From NCBI GenBank assembly GCA_963675595.2, contig CAXXLZ010000002.1:1760001-1824000 (forward strand): DNA of 64,000 nucleotides. The letters are read 5' to 3'. The translations under genes were made by a program, and so were the position numbers. Position 1 is the first letter of the stretch. The number at the start of each line of letters is the position of its first letter. Source of the DNA: Thermodesulfobacteriota bacterium (lineage in GTDB: Bacteria; Desulfobacterota; Desulfarculia; JACQYL01). The notes under the pieces were generated by a model. It was not told where the DNA came from. It ran no database searches and worked only from the letters and a program-made list of their open reading frames with translations. Below, one piece after another: positions 30,077 to 39,429 of this stretch.

Positions 30077-31207
30077 TCAAGTGTCGGGGGGCTTGGGCGC
30101 GACTTGGAACTCGGGCGACAAGGCATTGTCCACGGTCACCGCCTGGCCGTTGCGTAGTTTGAAAACACCGGTGCTGACCACGCTTTCCCCGCCTTCAAGT
30201 CCGCTCGTGGCGACCACGAAGTCGCCGCGCCTTTCCCCAAGTCTCACGAACTGCTGACGCACGACCTTGCCCGAAGATTTGCCGGATTCATCCTTGGAGT
30301 CTTCCACAACAAAGACCGAATCTCCGTATGGGGCGTAGAGCACCGACGTGGCTGGGATCGGAAGCACTTCGTCGCGTGTGGGCAACACCAGCGCCACGTT
30401 CACGAACATCCCCGGGCGAAGATGCTCCGCGGGGTTGGGCAGGGTGGCCTGCACACGGATGTTGCGCGTCGACGCATCCACCTGCGGATTAATTGCCGTG
30501 ATCTTCCCCTCCACCGTTTCTCCGGGCAAAGCGTCCGTGGTCACCCGAACGGAAAGCCCCCGTTGAATCCGGGACAACTGTTGTTGCGGCAGGAGAAAAT
30601 CCACGAAAACAGGGTCCAGGGATTGAAGCGACACAATGGGGTCCCCCGCGTCGAGCATCTGGCCCAGATTGACAAGCCGGATTCCCAGACGTCCGTCGAA
30701 GGGCGCTCGAATGGTCTTCTTGGCAATAAGCGCGCGCACGGCGTCCGAACCGGCCACGGCCTCTTTATACTGTGCTTCGGCCTTGTCGAATTCGGACTGG
30801 GCGACCGTTCTTCTTTCCAGGAGCTTACTCACGCGGTCCAGGTTGAGTTTGGCCAGGGTCACGGCAGCCTCATTGGCCCGAAGGTCGGCCTCTTCAGAGG
30901 AAGTATCCTGCTGCAACAGAAGGTTTCCCTTGCGAACCTTGGCTCCCGGCTCAAACTCAAGGCGCGCAACCTTGCCGGGTAATTCCGCGGTCACGGTTAC
31001 CCCCTGCACCGGGGCCAGGGTCCCCACCGCGGTAAGGAGGGACTCCCACGACCGGGGTTGTACTTCGAACGTCGTCACCGTTTCCGGAGGAGGCGCGTAT
31101 TGGGCCCCCATGCTGATCATCCGTCCGATTTGAAGCCCTTTGACTCCGCCCAGTACCCCGACGACCAGGATAATTCCAATGATCGTGAAGGCGATTCGTA
31201 GCTTCAT
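30077..31207 (-). CDS. RND efflux periplasmic adaptor (MFP)
   Basis: N-terminal TM helix, IRAPFDGRLG, LRPGMF. Upstream of the RND permease. Confidence 0.95.
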   Translation of the reverse strand: MKLRIAFTIIGIILVVGVLGGVKGLQIGRMISMGAQYAPPPETVTTFEVQPRSWESLLTAVGTLAPVQGVTVTAELPGKVARLEFEPGAKVRKGNLLLQQDTSSEEADLRANEAAVTLAKLNLDRVSKLLERRTVAQSEFDKAEAQYKEAVAGSDAVRALIAKKTIRAPFDGRLGIRLVNLGQMLDAGDPIVSLQSLDPVFVDFLLPQQQLSRIQRGLSVRVTTDALPGETVEGKITAINPQVDASTRNIRVQATLPNPAEHLRPGMFVNVALVLPTRDEVLPIPATSVLYAPYGDSVFVVEDSKDESGKSSGKVVRQQFVRLGERRGDFVVATSGLEGGESVVSTGVFKLRNGQAVTVDNALSPEFQVAPKPPDT

Positions 31208-31481
31208 AAGGTCTCGCTTTTCCGTTCATGTAGACGTGTTCAAGCCCGTGACCGCAGAGCCGCGCCGCGGATCAGACGTCGCGGATGATACCCCGTCGAA
31301 AATGCGCGACTCTGTCGGATCCGCTCTTTTTTGGGGAAAACCGGAAAAAGAACGGCGGGCCGCTGAGAAAAACCCATCACATGGGGGGAATTCCACCCCG
31401 GTGACAAGGGGAACGGCAAGCGTCTCCCACCGAGAGCGAGGAGACGGATATGGGAGGATACCAGATTTGAGGTTTTGATCA

Positions 31482-31508
31482 AGTCATTGAACGACAGTCA
31501 TTGAACGA
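31482..31508. promoter_or_regulatory. 13-bp direct repeat, possible operator upstream of the RND operon
   Basis: AGTCATTGAACGA at 31482-31494 and 31496-31508. Confidence 0.5.
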
Positions 31509-31694
31509 AGTTAATAGTGAGACGCCACAGCATCGGAGCCTCGCAGGACAATTATTCCGTTTATACGGAATAATTGTCGAGCAAGACAAGAACATCTCCA
31601 CACACGACAGTACTTTCCACGCTTCCAACGACGCAAGGCAGGGCGGATCGTTCCAACCGGCTAAACGGGACCCCGGCCCGATCCCGGTGCGGCG

Positions 31695-32282
31695 CTATTC
31701 CACAACCGTATATTCGATCAGCGCGGATTGCAGGTATTCCCCTTGAGCCCCGCCTATGTCCCAACATTCGATCTGATAGGAGTAGTTCGCATTGTTCACG
31801 GTGTGCGCCTGCGTGACGGCCGAAGTAGACACATACGTATCCCCCGACCACAGTTCCGTGCAGTTGACGTTAGCCAGTGACAGCCATCCGCCGTTTCGGG
31901 AAAGCCCGTACAGCCCGCACCAGAAGTTGACTTCGGCGCCTCCCCCCTGAGTTTGATCATCCTTGTAATACACAGTGAAACGCTTCAAACCGGCCCCGTG
32001 GGGCAAGTGCGCCGGAGCCACTAGTCTCTTGGTCGACAAGAGGGAGGTAACCGTGGCATGACTGTCATAAAATCCAAGAAAATTCTCGTAGTTGTCACCC
32101 GAATCCGCGTTGAACGCGGTGGGAGGAACGCTGTAGTACTTCGTCACCGTCTGCGCCGACTTCTCATAGAACATCGGTATCACCGCCACCTTGGGTTTGG
32201 TTTGAGCATTAATACTTTGGGCCGAAAAAACAAAAAAACCCATCAACGGCAAAACAACAAGAAACAACCTGTGCGACTTCAC
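31695..32282 (-). CDS. Hypothetical exported protein
   Basis: GTG 32282 with AAGGAG RBS, signal peptide, beta-rich body with APAHLPHGA. Confidence 0.7.
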   Translation of the reverse strand: MKSHRLFLVVLPLMGFFVFSAQSINAQTKPKVAVIPMFYEKSAQTVTKYYSVPPTAFNADSGDNYENFLGFYDSHATVTSLLSTKRLVAPAHLPHGAGLKRFTVYYKDDQTQGGGAEVNFWCGLYGLSRNGGWLSLANVNCTELWSGDTYVSTSAVTQAHTVNNANYSYQIECWDIGGAQGEYLQSALIEYTVVE

Positions 32283-32310
32283 CCACGTACTCCTTTCACT
32301 CGAAAAAATG

Positions 32311-33024
32311 CTACAATGTAACCCCAGACTCGAAAATCCTCCTTCCATGATTATAAAGCTGAATGTCCAGTTGGTTCGCCTCCCTTACGGCACTCTTAGT
32401 GGCCTCATCCAACTCATCGACTTGTTTTCTTTCGCCCACGTTCAATCTCGGAACGGATTCGATTTCCGATTGCATGAGAGCAGCGAGTCTCCGCACCGAT
32501 TCATCCATGAGCTCAAAGATGCCGAAGTGCCTGATATCGTGAACGAGCACCTTCAACGCCATGGCCAGCTTGGTCTTCTCATCGCTTCCGACGAGCCGAG
32601 CACCCTTTTCATTCGGTACGAGTATGGAGGATAGTCGATTCACCTGTTGATTTCGAAAGTGAGGGATTTGAGCGAAATCTTTTATGGAGACGTTATTGTC
32701 GTTGACATAGCGGTGCATATGATGTCCCGGCGATCTTTTGACGAAATAGTAAGCCGACAGGAATCTGTCCATCGGCTCCCTTAACATGCTGTAGTAGCAG
32801 AAGGGATGATAGGTAACATTGAACGCGTGAATCCCGTAATAAATGTGACCCATGACGGCCTTACACGGCTTTCCTCTATGTTTCCCAAGGAAGTCGGAGA
32901 GCTCTTTGATCGTACTGATGGCCGCGACGTTTTCCGCTCCGTATCTGCGCGTAAAAAGATCGCGCATGGAGGTGCCGGCCGTTTTTTCAAGATGCACGAA
33001 TATCATCGACTTGTAAATTTCCAT
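32311..33024 (-). CDS. Sulfotransferase family protein
   Basis: PAPS-binding motifs FVHLEKTAGTS and LREPMDRFLSAY, C-terminal NQLDIQLY. Confidence 0.88.
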   Translation of the reverse strand: MEIYKSMIFVHLEKTAGTSMRDLFTRRYGAENVAAISTIKELSDFLGKHRGKPCKAVMGHIYYGIHAFNVTYHPFCYYSMLREPMDRFLSAYYFVKRSPGHHMHRYVNDNNVSIKDFAQIPHFRNQQVNRLSSILVPNEKGARLVGSDEKTKLAMALKVLVHDIRHFGIFELMDESVRRLAALMQSEIESVPRLNVGERKQVDELDEATKSAVREANQLDIQLYNHGRRIFESGVTL

Positions 33025-33121
33025 GTTGTCGCCTTGCTACGCACGAATGACTCGAAGCACCCCCGCGTGTGAATTAAATTTCCGTAATAGGCTGCTGAAA
33101 GACGCGATTCGCGGCTTTGAG

Positions 33122-35716
33122 TCAGGGTCGCGAAGCAAGCCGCCTGCAGGAATCAAGCTTTTCCCGGATGAATCCGCTGCGGGGAAACCGAGAAGCCCCG
33201 TCTTCCAGCACCTCAAGAGCCTCATCGAGCCGATTCCATTGGACGTAAAGGTCCGACAGCGCCTCGATGAGGTCCGATCCCGCATATCCGGCCTCCCGCG
33301 CCGTGAGGAAGGCGGACTCCGCATCCTCCTTCCGCCCCAATTGCACGGCGGCTTTGCCCAGAGCCGCCCAGGCTCGCCCGTTGGATTTGTCGAGAGCTAT
33401 GGATCGGTGAAGCGCAGGAACGGCCTCGGCCCACTTGCCCGCCTCCGACAGGTTCTCGCCCCTCAAACACCAAGCGTCGGAATCCTGTCCGAACTTACGA
33501 GCGTATTGGTCCAGCAACCGCCCGGCAAGATTCAGGTCCTTCGTACGGCTGTAGAATCGGATATCTTCCAAAAGCACCGCCCTCGCATCCCTGTCCGGTC
33601 CGGCGTGATACTTCTCCCGGACGTCGGCTACGACGGCATCCCAGGCGGCACCCCGCTCGCGCGCGAGGCGGACCGGATTGTCGGCTTCTTCGTCGAGGCC
33701 TGAGGCGGAGCCGAGTCCGCTCCCGTTGAGCACCATATCGAACCGGCCCAATTCAAGCAGAACCCGCGCCCACGGACTTCGCGCTTCTTCACGGCCCTCC
33801 TCCACGGCCCGCGACAACAGAAACAATGCGGGATTGAACAGCTCCAGTTCGGCCAATTCACGGGCGCGATCCACGAGTTCTGAAGCGCTTCGGGTCGCCG
33901 CCTCCCGTTCGACGGAAAGAAGCAGTTCCAGCGTTGTGTGCACCGCATCCAGGCCCTCCCTGATTTCAGGTCCCACCTCGCCCACGATGCGACAAAATTC
34001 GGAAGCCATACGCATGTCACGAGACAAGCGGGCCGCCAATTCAACGGGATTATCCCGATGAATCCATCGGAACAAAGGCGTCGACGCGGAGGAGCACAGC
34101 AACAAGGTCGACGCCAGGGAAGGCAGTGCATCGGTTAATACCTTTAAAGCCGTATTCCGGGCTTTCCCCCCCTTTTTCTTCTTCCCTGAAGCCGACACCA
34201 CGTCCCGGCATAAACGGATCAGCCGTGTCAGCCGTTCCGCCCGTTCTTTAACCTGCCCCGTGAGGCCGGCCAGGGCCTGTCCACGATCCCATCCCGCGGT
34301 CGGATGATTCCACCAGGCATCCCGCACCTCGGGCCGAGGCGTCGAGCAAAAGGCTTCCAGGGCATGTTTCAGGAGCATGGGCCGGTATCCTTCGAGGAGC
34401 AATCCCCCTTCCGTGGCGTTGATGAAGCGCCTCTCGTTGTGGGCGGCCTCTCGTTCGAACAACCGGGCCACCCCCTGAAACTGCTTCACCGTGCGCACTT
34501 CGTCGCCCCACATGTCCCGCGTGAACGTCATTCCCAGTTGCCGCGCGTCGTTGATGGTCCACGTATCCTGTCCCGAGGCGTGAGCCTTTTCCCCGGTGAA
34601 GGCCAAGTCCTGTCCCACAAGGATCACCGGATCGCATCCCATGGCCAGTGCCAGGTGCAACGACAACAACGCCACGGAACTCACCGACTGGAGCAACCCT
34701 TCTTCCCCGATGAGGCGCTCGTTCCACATCAGGTCCTGGGGCCCCCGGTGATGGAACAGAATGGGACCCGGGTAACGGGCCGGTATCTTGTATTGAACGG
34801 AGGGAGCGCAAACCAAAGCGATTTCCGAAGGGATGGGAACTCCTTCAAACTTCTTCAAGTTGGCCGGCGTCGGATCGATGGCCGTGATGAAGTGTGGTCG
34901 TATCCCCAAGGCGAGCGCGGGGCGGACGGCACTGTCGGAGCAAATGATCACGGCCCGCTCCTCCACTCCTCGGAGCAGATGAAGGTTTTTCTCGAGACTG
35001 GGACCTCCGGCCGCCAGAATGGCGGGCACGTTTCGAAACCGATTGAAAAGTTTCGCCACCCCGTGCTGAGTCACCCGGTGCACCAGATTCTTCAGACTGT
35101 TCCGCGTGGAAAGCACGCCCTGGGTGTCCACAAAGGCGGCGGAACCGGTGACCGTGTCCAAAACGTCGAGGATTTTCAAACGCAACGGTTCGTAGGCTTC
35201 GGGAAGCGCCTCGAGATACATGGGCCGAAACACGCAATTCACCTTGGTCGGCATGTGCTCGTACAAAAACCGGAATCCGTCTTCCAGTTCCGCTTGGCTT
35301 AAGACCCAATGAATTTCGGGATGTGACAGAAGCCCGGTGAAGTCCGAGTAGGTAAACGCGGCTTTGAGTATCGCGGGATCGAGCTCCACAATGAGAAAAG
35401 CATGGCCCGGGTCCATGTGCTTCACCGCCTCGGAAGCAAGCAGCCCCACGCCGAATCCCAACATGACCGTGGCGCGATCCGCCCCGTACATGCCCGAAGC
35501 CGCATCTCTACCGATAGACATTTCGGGACGGTTGCCTTTGAAAAGAGCGCGTATGGACCCGTCCGGCAAGGACACTCGGAGATTGGGAAAACCCTCTTCC
35601 GTGAAGAACAGCATACCGGGCGGCAGGTTCCCGGCCGCTCCAATCTTCCGGGCCGTGTCGGGATGGCGTTTCCCTAGAAGATTCAGATTTTGTTGAAGGA
35701 AATCCTTTGAATTCAT
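33122..35716 (-). CDS. Maf/DUF115 (motility-associated factor) family protein with C-terminal TPRs
   Basis: LGFGVG, AGGPSLEKN, PHFITAIDP, GCDPVILVGQDLAF, FINATEGG, and TPRs at the C-terminus. Confidence 0.9.
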   Translation of the reverse strand: MNSKDFLQQNLNLLGKRHPDTARKIGAAGNLPPGMLFFTEEGFPNLRVSLPDGSIRALFKGNRPEMSIGRDAASGMYGADRATVMLGFGVGLLASEAVKHMDPGHAFLIVELDPAILKAAFTYSDFTGLLSHPEIHWVLSQAELEDGFRFLYEHMPTKVNCVFRPMYLEALPEAYEPLRLKILDVLDTVTGSAAFVDTQGVLSTRNSLKNLVHRVTQHGVAKLFNRFRNVPAILAAGGPSLEKNLHLLRGVEERAVIICSDSAVRPALALGIRPHFITAIDPTPANLKKFEGVPIPSEIALVCAPSVQYKIPARYPGPILFHHRGPQDLMWNERLIGEEGLLQSVSSVALLSLHLALAMGCDPVILVGQDLAFTGEKAHASGQDTWTINDARQLGMTFTRDMWGDEVRTVKQFQGVARLFEREAAHNERRFINATEGGLLLEGYRPMLLKHALEAFCSTPRPEVRDAWWNHPTAGWDRGQALAGLTGQVKERAERLTRLIRLCRDVVSASGKKKKGGKARNTALKVLTDALPSLASTLLLCSSASTPLFRWIHRDNPVELAARLSRDMRMASEFCRIVGEVGPEIREGLDAVHTTLELLLSVEREAATRSASELVDRARELAELELFNPALFLLSRAVEEGREEARSPWARVLLELGRFDMVLNGSGLGSASGLDEEADNPVRLARERGAAWDAVVADVREKYHAGPDRDARAVLLEDIRFYSRTKDLNLAGRLLDQYARKFGQDSDAWCLRGENLSEAGKWAEAVPALHRSIALDKSNGRAWAALGKAAVQLGRKEDAESAFLTAREAGYAGSDLIEALSDLYVQWNRLDEALEVLEDGASRFPRSGFIREKLDSCRRLASRP

Positions 35717-35823
35717 GGACACTCCGCACCGGCTCCCGTGCCATCGGGCCTAGCCCGACGGGATATCAACGAGGAAACGAAGAAGGCTTCTTCCGGGTTG
35801 TGGAAATCGATCATATCACGCTG

Positions 35824-38800
35824 TCAGTGTATCCCATCTCCGCCGGATGCCAAGTTTGCGCAAAATTCCAGATTCTGTTTCGCTTCCGGATGATCGGGAT
35901 TCAGAGCCAAGCAATGCCGGAAGTGCTCGCAGGCCTCGTCGATACGGTTACGCCCCATGGACAGCACTCCGAGGTTGTTGTAAGGATCTGGAGACTCGCC
36001 CTGTTCGCGAAGTTCCCGGTGGAAATACTCCTCCGCCAGGTCGTATTGGCCGGTGAGGTAATAGAGCTCTCCGATGATGTTCCTGAGCTGCGGTTCCTCC
36101 GGGCTGACCCGCAGTAGATCTTCCAGCACACGCGCCGTCTCGAGGTTGTTCCCCGACTTCTCGAGCACCCGAGCCATGGCTTTCAAAGCTTCGGGGTCCG
36201 CCGGAAACCGTTCTACCGCCGCGCGGGCCGTGGTTTCCGCTTGTTCCGTTCGATCCAGATCCAGCAGGCCCTGGACTTTGTACAAACTGGAGCGAGAACT
36301 AAGCTCCACCCCTTCGGCCTCGAGGGAATCGTAGTATTCCACCGCGGCATCGGGATGTCCCGACCTGAGAAACAGCTCACCCACGCCCTCCTGCACTTCC
36401 GGGGAAGCGGCGTCCGCCAACCTGAGCCAAGTGAGCTCCCAACGTAACGCATCCCCGTCTCCGGCCTCCAGTAGGCCGGTCGCCTTTTCGAGACCTCGCG
36501 ACGATAGTCCGGGCTCGTCCGCGCAGATTACCCTCACCTTGCTCCGCGCTTCCTCCTCCCGGCCGATCTGAAGCAGAATATTCGCCATATTGTTCACCAG
36601 CAAAAGTCCGTCCATGGTAACGGTGTAGAAAGGCACGAACTCGCCGGACCGGTATTTCAAATACCACTGATGCGCTTCCTCCAGACAAGCCGCGGCTTCC
36701 TCCAACCGCCCTTCCTGAAAACGGCAATACGCCAAACTCACTTGAAGTTCGGGGTGGTGCGGGCAGACATTCAGTCCCTTTTCAAGCACGGACACCGCCT
36801 TGGGCCATTCGCCTTTGGAGATATACAATTGACCCAGCCGAGGATAGGTGTCCGCGTAATAGTTTTGGGCAAGATCCAGCTCCTTTTCCTCCGCCAACCG
36901 CAGCACCGTCTCACCCTCGGATACGGCGTCATCCAACCGACCCACCGACTGATAGGTATTGATCAGATAGTAATGAGCATCCATATCCTCGTAATTTTCT
37001 CCAATCCTCTTTTCCAGCAAACCGACGGTACGTTGATACTTCTTTCGCTTGACTTCGGGTCCCAGGTCGTACCCGTAATGATGGATCGCAACGGGAGAAT
37101 ATTCACACCGGCCCCGATAGATCAGCATGTTGTGCACGATTCCCGCATAGCGAAATCCCTTATGGTTGCGGAACAGACGCACCGAGTTCTGCTCCGCTTT
37201 TCGTCGTCCGTCGCTCAGGTAATTAAAGACCCGAAATGTCACCGCAGCTCTGTTGGTGTTCGACGCCTGCTCCCTCAGCGGCTCCACGCCCGAATCATCC
37301 AGTTCCTCGTCGGCGTCGAGAATGAGCACCCAATCGCCCCGTGCGTAACTCAAGGTGATGTTGCGCATACCGGAAAAATCATCGAACCAGGGATGTTCGT
37401 ATAATCTCGCACCGAATGAACGGATGATTTCAACGGTTCGGTCCTGCGAACCCGTGTCCACGACAATGATTTCGTCAACGGCTCCTGCGACGCTTTCCAG
37501 CGCCTTTTCGAGGTGCGCTTCTTCGTTCTTCACCATCATGCACAGGGACACCGTGGGCGCATTCTCCAGCGCCGCCTGGGATTTGAAAAAGGACTCTGCG
37601 TATTCTCTGTTGGCCGGTTCGAGATGGAGCGCCCTGGCCAGCCAGTCGAGAGCGTCCAAGCGCCGGTTACGGTTCCAAAAGAAACTTCCCAGGTTAAAGG
37701 CACCCAAAGCATAATCCTCGTGTCGTTGCACGAGTTTCACCAAGTCTTTTTCCGCCGATCGGTGGTCCCCGGCCTCGAGCCGAACCAGGGCCCGAGTCAA
37801 CAGGGCTTTCGGCGATTGAGGCGCCAAGTTCACGGCGGTTTCAGCATGCTCCAGCGCCCCATCATAATCCCCCAGACCTTTCAGCACCTCGGAAAGCACG
37901 ATGCGGGTATCGGCCCGCCGCCCATCCGCTTCCACGGACTTGGAGAGCCACACCTTGGCCGCCCCGAGATTGCCCTTGCGTTTCTGTATGACTCCGAGGC
38001 CTTCGTACGTCGGGCCCAGGATTTCAGCCAGAGCGCTGTTGGTCATCACCTCCCCGCGAAGCAGATCCTCAATGGTAAGCAGGGAACGTTCGGCCTCGTC
38101 GAAGTTGCCCCTGGCCATAAACCCGGCGGCCGTTTCCAAAACGGCTCTGGCCTTGGTCTCTCCGACTCCGGGTTCCCGCGGCACGGAATCCGGAGACACG
38201 AATCGCGTCACCACCTTGGTTCCGGTGCTTTGCAGCAGGTCCAGATTGTTGCGGGCCGGAAGGAACTGGGGATCCAGAGTCAAGGCCCTTTCCAGGAATC
38301 GCACCGCCACGGCTCGTTGCCCCTTCTGGGCCGCCGACTTGGCCAGAAGATTCAGGAAATAGGCCCCTTTGTCCTTGTTGTCCCACAGGTCTCCCACGGA
38401 ATCCTGAAGTCGGTCTTCCCGACCGGAATGAATCAGCGCTTCGCCGTGCATGTACACCGCGTCTTCATGCATGTGCACCATATGGAGGATATAAGGATAC
38501 CATTCGGGGTGTTCTTCATAAGACCTCCGGCACTTGAGATAGGTGGGGAAGAACCGAATGATTTCCTCCCATTCCTTGCGCTCGTGCCGGCAGGCAATGA
38601 TAATGAACGCCGCGTCGGGATTTACGGAGTGCAACTTGAGCAGCTTCGATGCTTCCTCGAAAGCCGTATCCAGCTCCTTCAAATTGAAGGCGTTGGCGGC
38701 GATCTGGTAATGCAGGTCGTGATAGACGGGGGATTCCGTCTCCTCCCCCAACATTTCGGCTCCCTTGCGCGCCGTTTCCAGGGCCTTTCTCAAGTCCTTT

Positions 38801-39420
38801 CGACTGGAATGAATCTTGGCCAACTGATAATAAGCGTAGGCTGCGTCGCCTCCTTCCGCGATCATCTTTTCCAGAAGAATTTCCGACCGCCTCCGCTTCT
38901 TTTCCATCTTCTCTTCTTCCAGATCGTATCCGTAATGCTTCACCGTGAACGGAGCCGTAGCCGCCGAATGGCCCTGACACATCAGTTGATTGTGAACGAT
39001 GCCCTGATATCGAAGCCCCATTCCGTTGCGGATGAGACGAATCTGGTTCAACGTGGAGGTCACGCGACCTTCGGCGGTGGTGTTTTCGAGATGGAACGCA
39101 TACAGGTTGGCGACCGGGTTCTTCAGAAAGTCTTTTAAGCCCAGGTCCGATTGTTGACGTACGAACTCGTCGTCCGCGTCCAGAATGAGAATCCATTCCC
39201 CCCGCGCATACTCCATGGTGATGTTCCGCATCCCGGAGAAATCATGAAACCATTCGTGAAAATAGATACGGTCCGTATACGCCCTGGCGATTTCCACGGT
39301 GCGGTCCGTGGAACCCGTGTCCACCACCACGATTTCGTCCACTTCACCACGAATACTCTCAAGGGCTCGACCGAGCATTTCCTCTTCGTTTTTCACCATC
39401 ATGCATGCGGAAATCAGCAT
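35824..39420 (-). CDS. Tandem double GT2 glycosyltransferase with TPR arrays
   Basis: Two copies of CMMVKNEE...VDTGS.DRT...DFSGMRN...LDAD...HYGY, each followed by TPRs. Confidence 0.92.
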   Translation of the reverse strand: MLISACMMVKNEEEMLGRALESIRGEVDEIVVVDTGSTDRTVEIARAYTDRIYFHEWFHDFSGMRNITMEYARGEWILILDADDEFVRQQSDLGLKDFLKNPVANLYAFHLENTTAEGRVTSTLNQIRLIRNGMGLRYQGIVHNQLMCQGHSAATAPFTVKHYGYDLEEEKMEKKRRRSEILLEKMIAEGGDAAYAYYQLAKIHSSRKDLRKALETARKGAEMLGEETESPVYHDLHYQIAANAFNLKELDTAFEEASKLLKLHSVNPDAAFIIIACRHERKEWEEIIRFFPTYLKCRRSYEEHPEWYPYILHMVHMHEDAVYMHGEALIHSGREDRLQDSVGDLWDNKDKGAYFLNLLAKSAAQKGQRAVAVRFLERALTLDPQFLPARNNLDLLQSTGTKVVTRFVSPDSVPREPGVGETKARAVLETAAGFMARGNFDEAERSLLTIEDLLRGEVMTNSALAEILGPTYEGLGVIQKRKGNLGAAKVWLSKSVEADGRRADTRIVLSEVLKGLGDYDGALEHAETAVNLAPQSPKALLTRALVRLEAGDHRSAEKDLVKLVQRHEDYALGAFNLGSFFWNRNRRLDALDWLARALHLEPANREYAESFFKSQAALENAPTVSLCMMVKNEEAHLEKALESVAGAVDEIIVVDTGSQDRTVEIIRSFGARLYEHPWFDDFSGMRNITLSYARGDWVLILDADEELDDSGVEPLREQASNTNRAAVTFRVFNYLSDGRRKAEQNSVRLFRNHKGFRYAGIVHNMLIYRGRCEYSPVAIHHYGYDLGPEVKRKKYQRTVGLLEKRIGENYEDMDAHYYLINTYQSVGRLDDAVSEGETVLRLAEEKELDLAQNYYADTYPRLGQLYISKGEWPKAVSVLEKGLNVCPHHPELQVSLAYCRFQEGRLEEAAACLEEAHQWYLKYRSGEFVPFYTVTMDGLLLVNNMANILLQIGREEEARSKVRVICADEPGLSSRGLEKATGLLEAGDGDALRWELTWLRLADAASPEVQEGVGELFLRSGHPDAAVEYYDSLEAEGVELSSRSSLYKVQGLLDLDRTEQAETTARAAVERFPADPEALKAMARVLEKSGNNLETARVLEDLLRVSPEEPQLRNIIGELYYLTGQYDLAEEYFHRELREQGESPDPYNNLGVLSMGRNRIDEACEHFRHCLALNPDHPEAKQNLEFCANLASGGDGIH

Positions 39421-39429
39421 GTTCTCATC

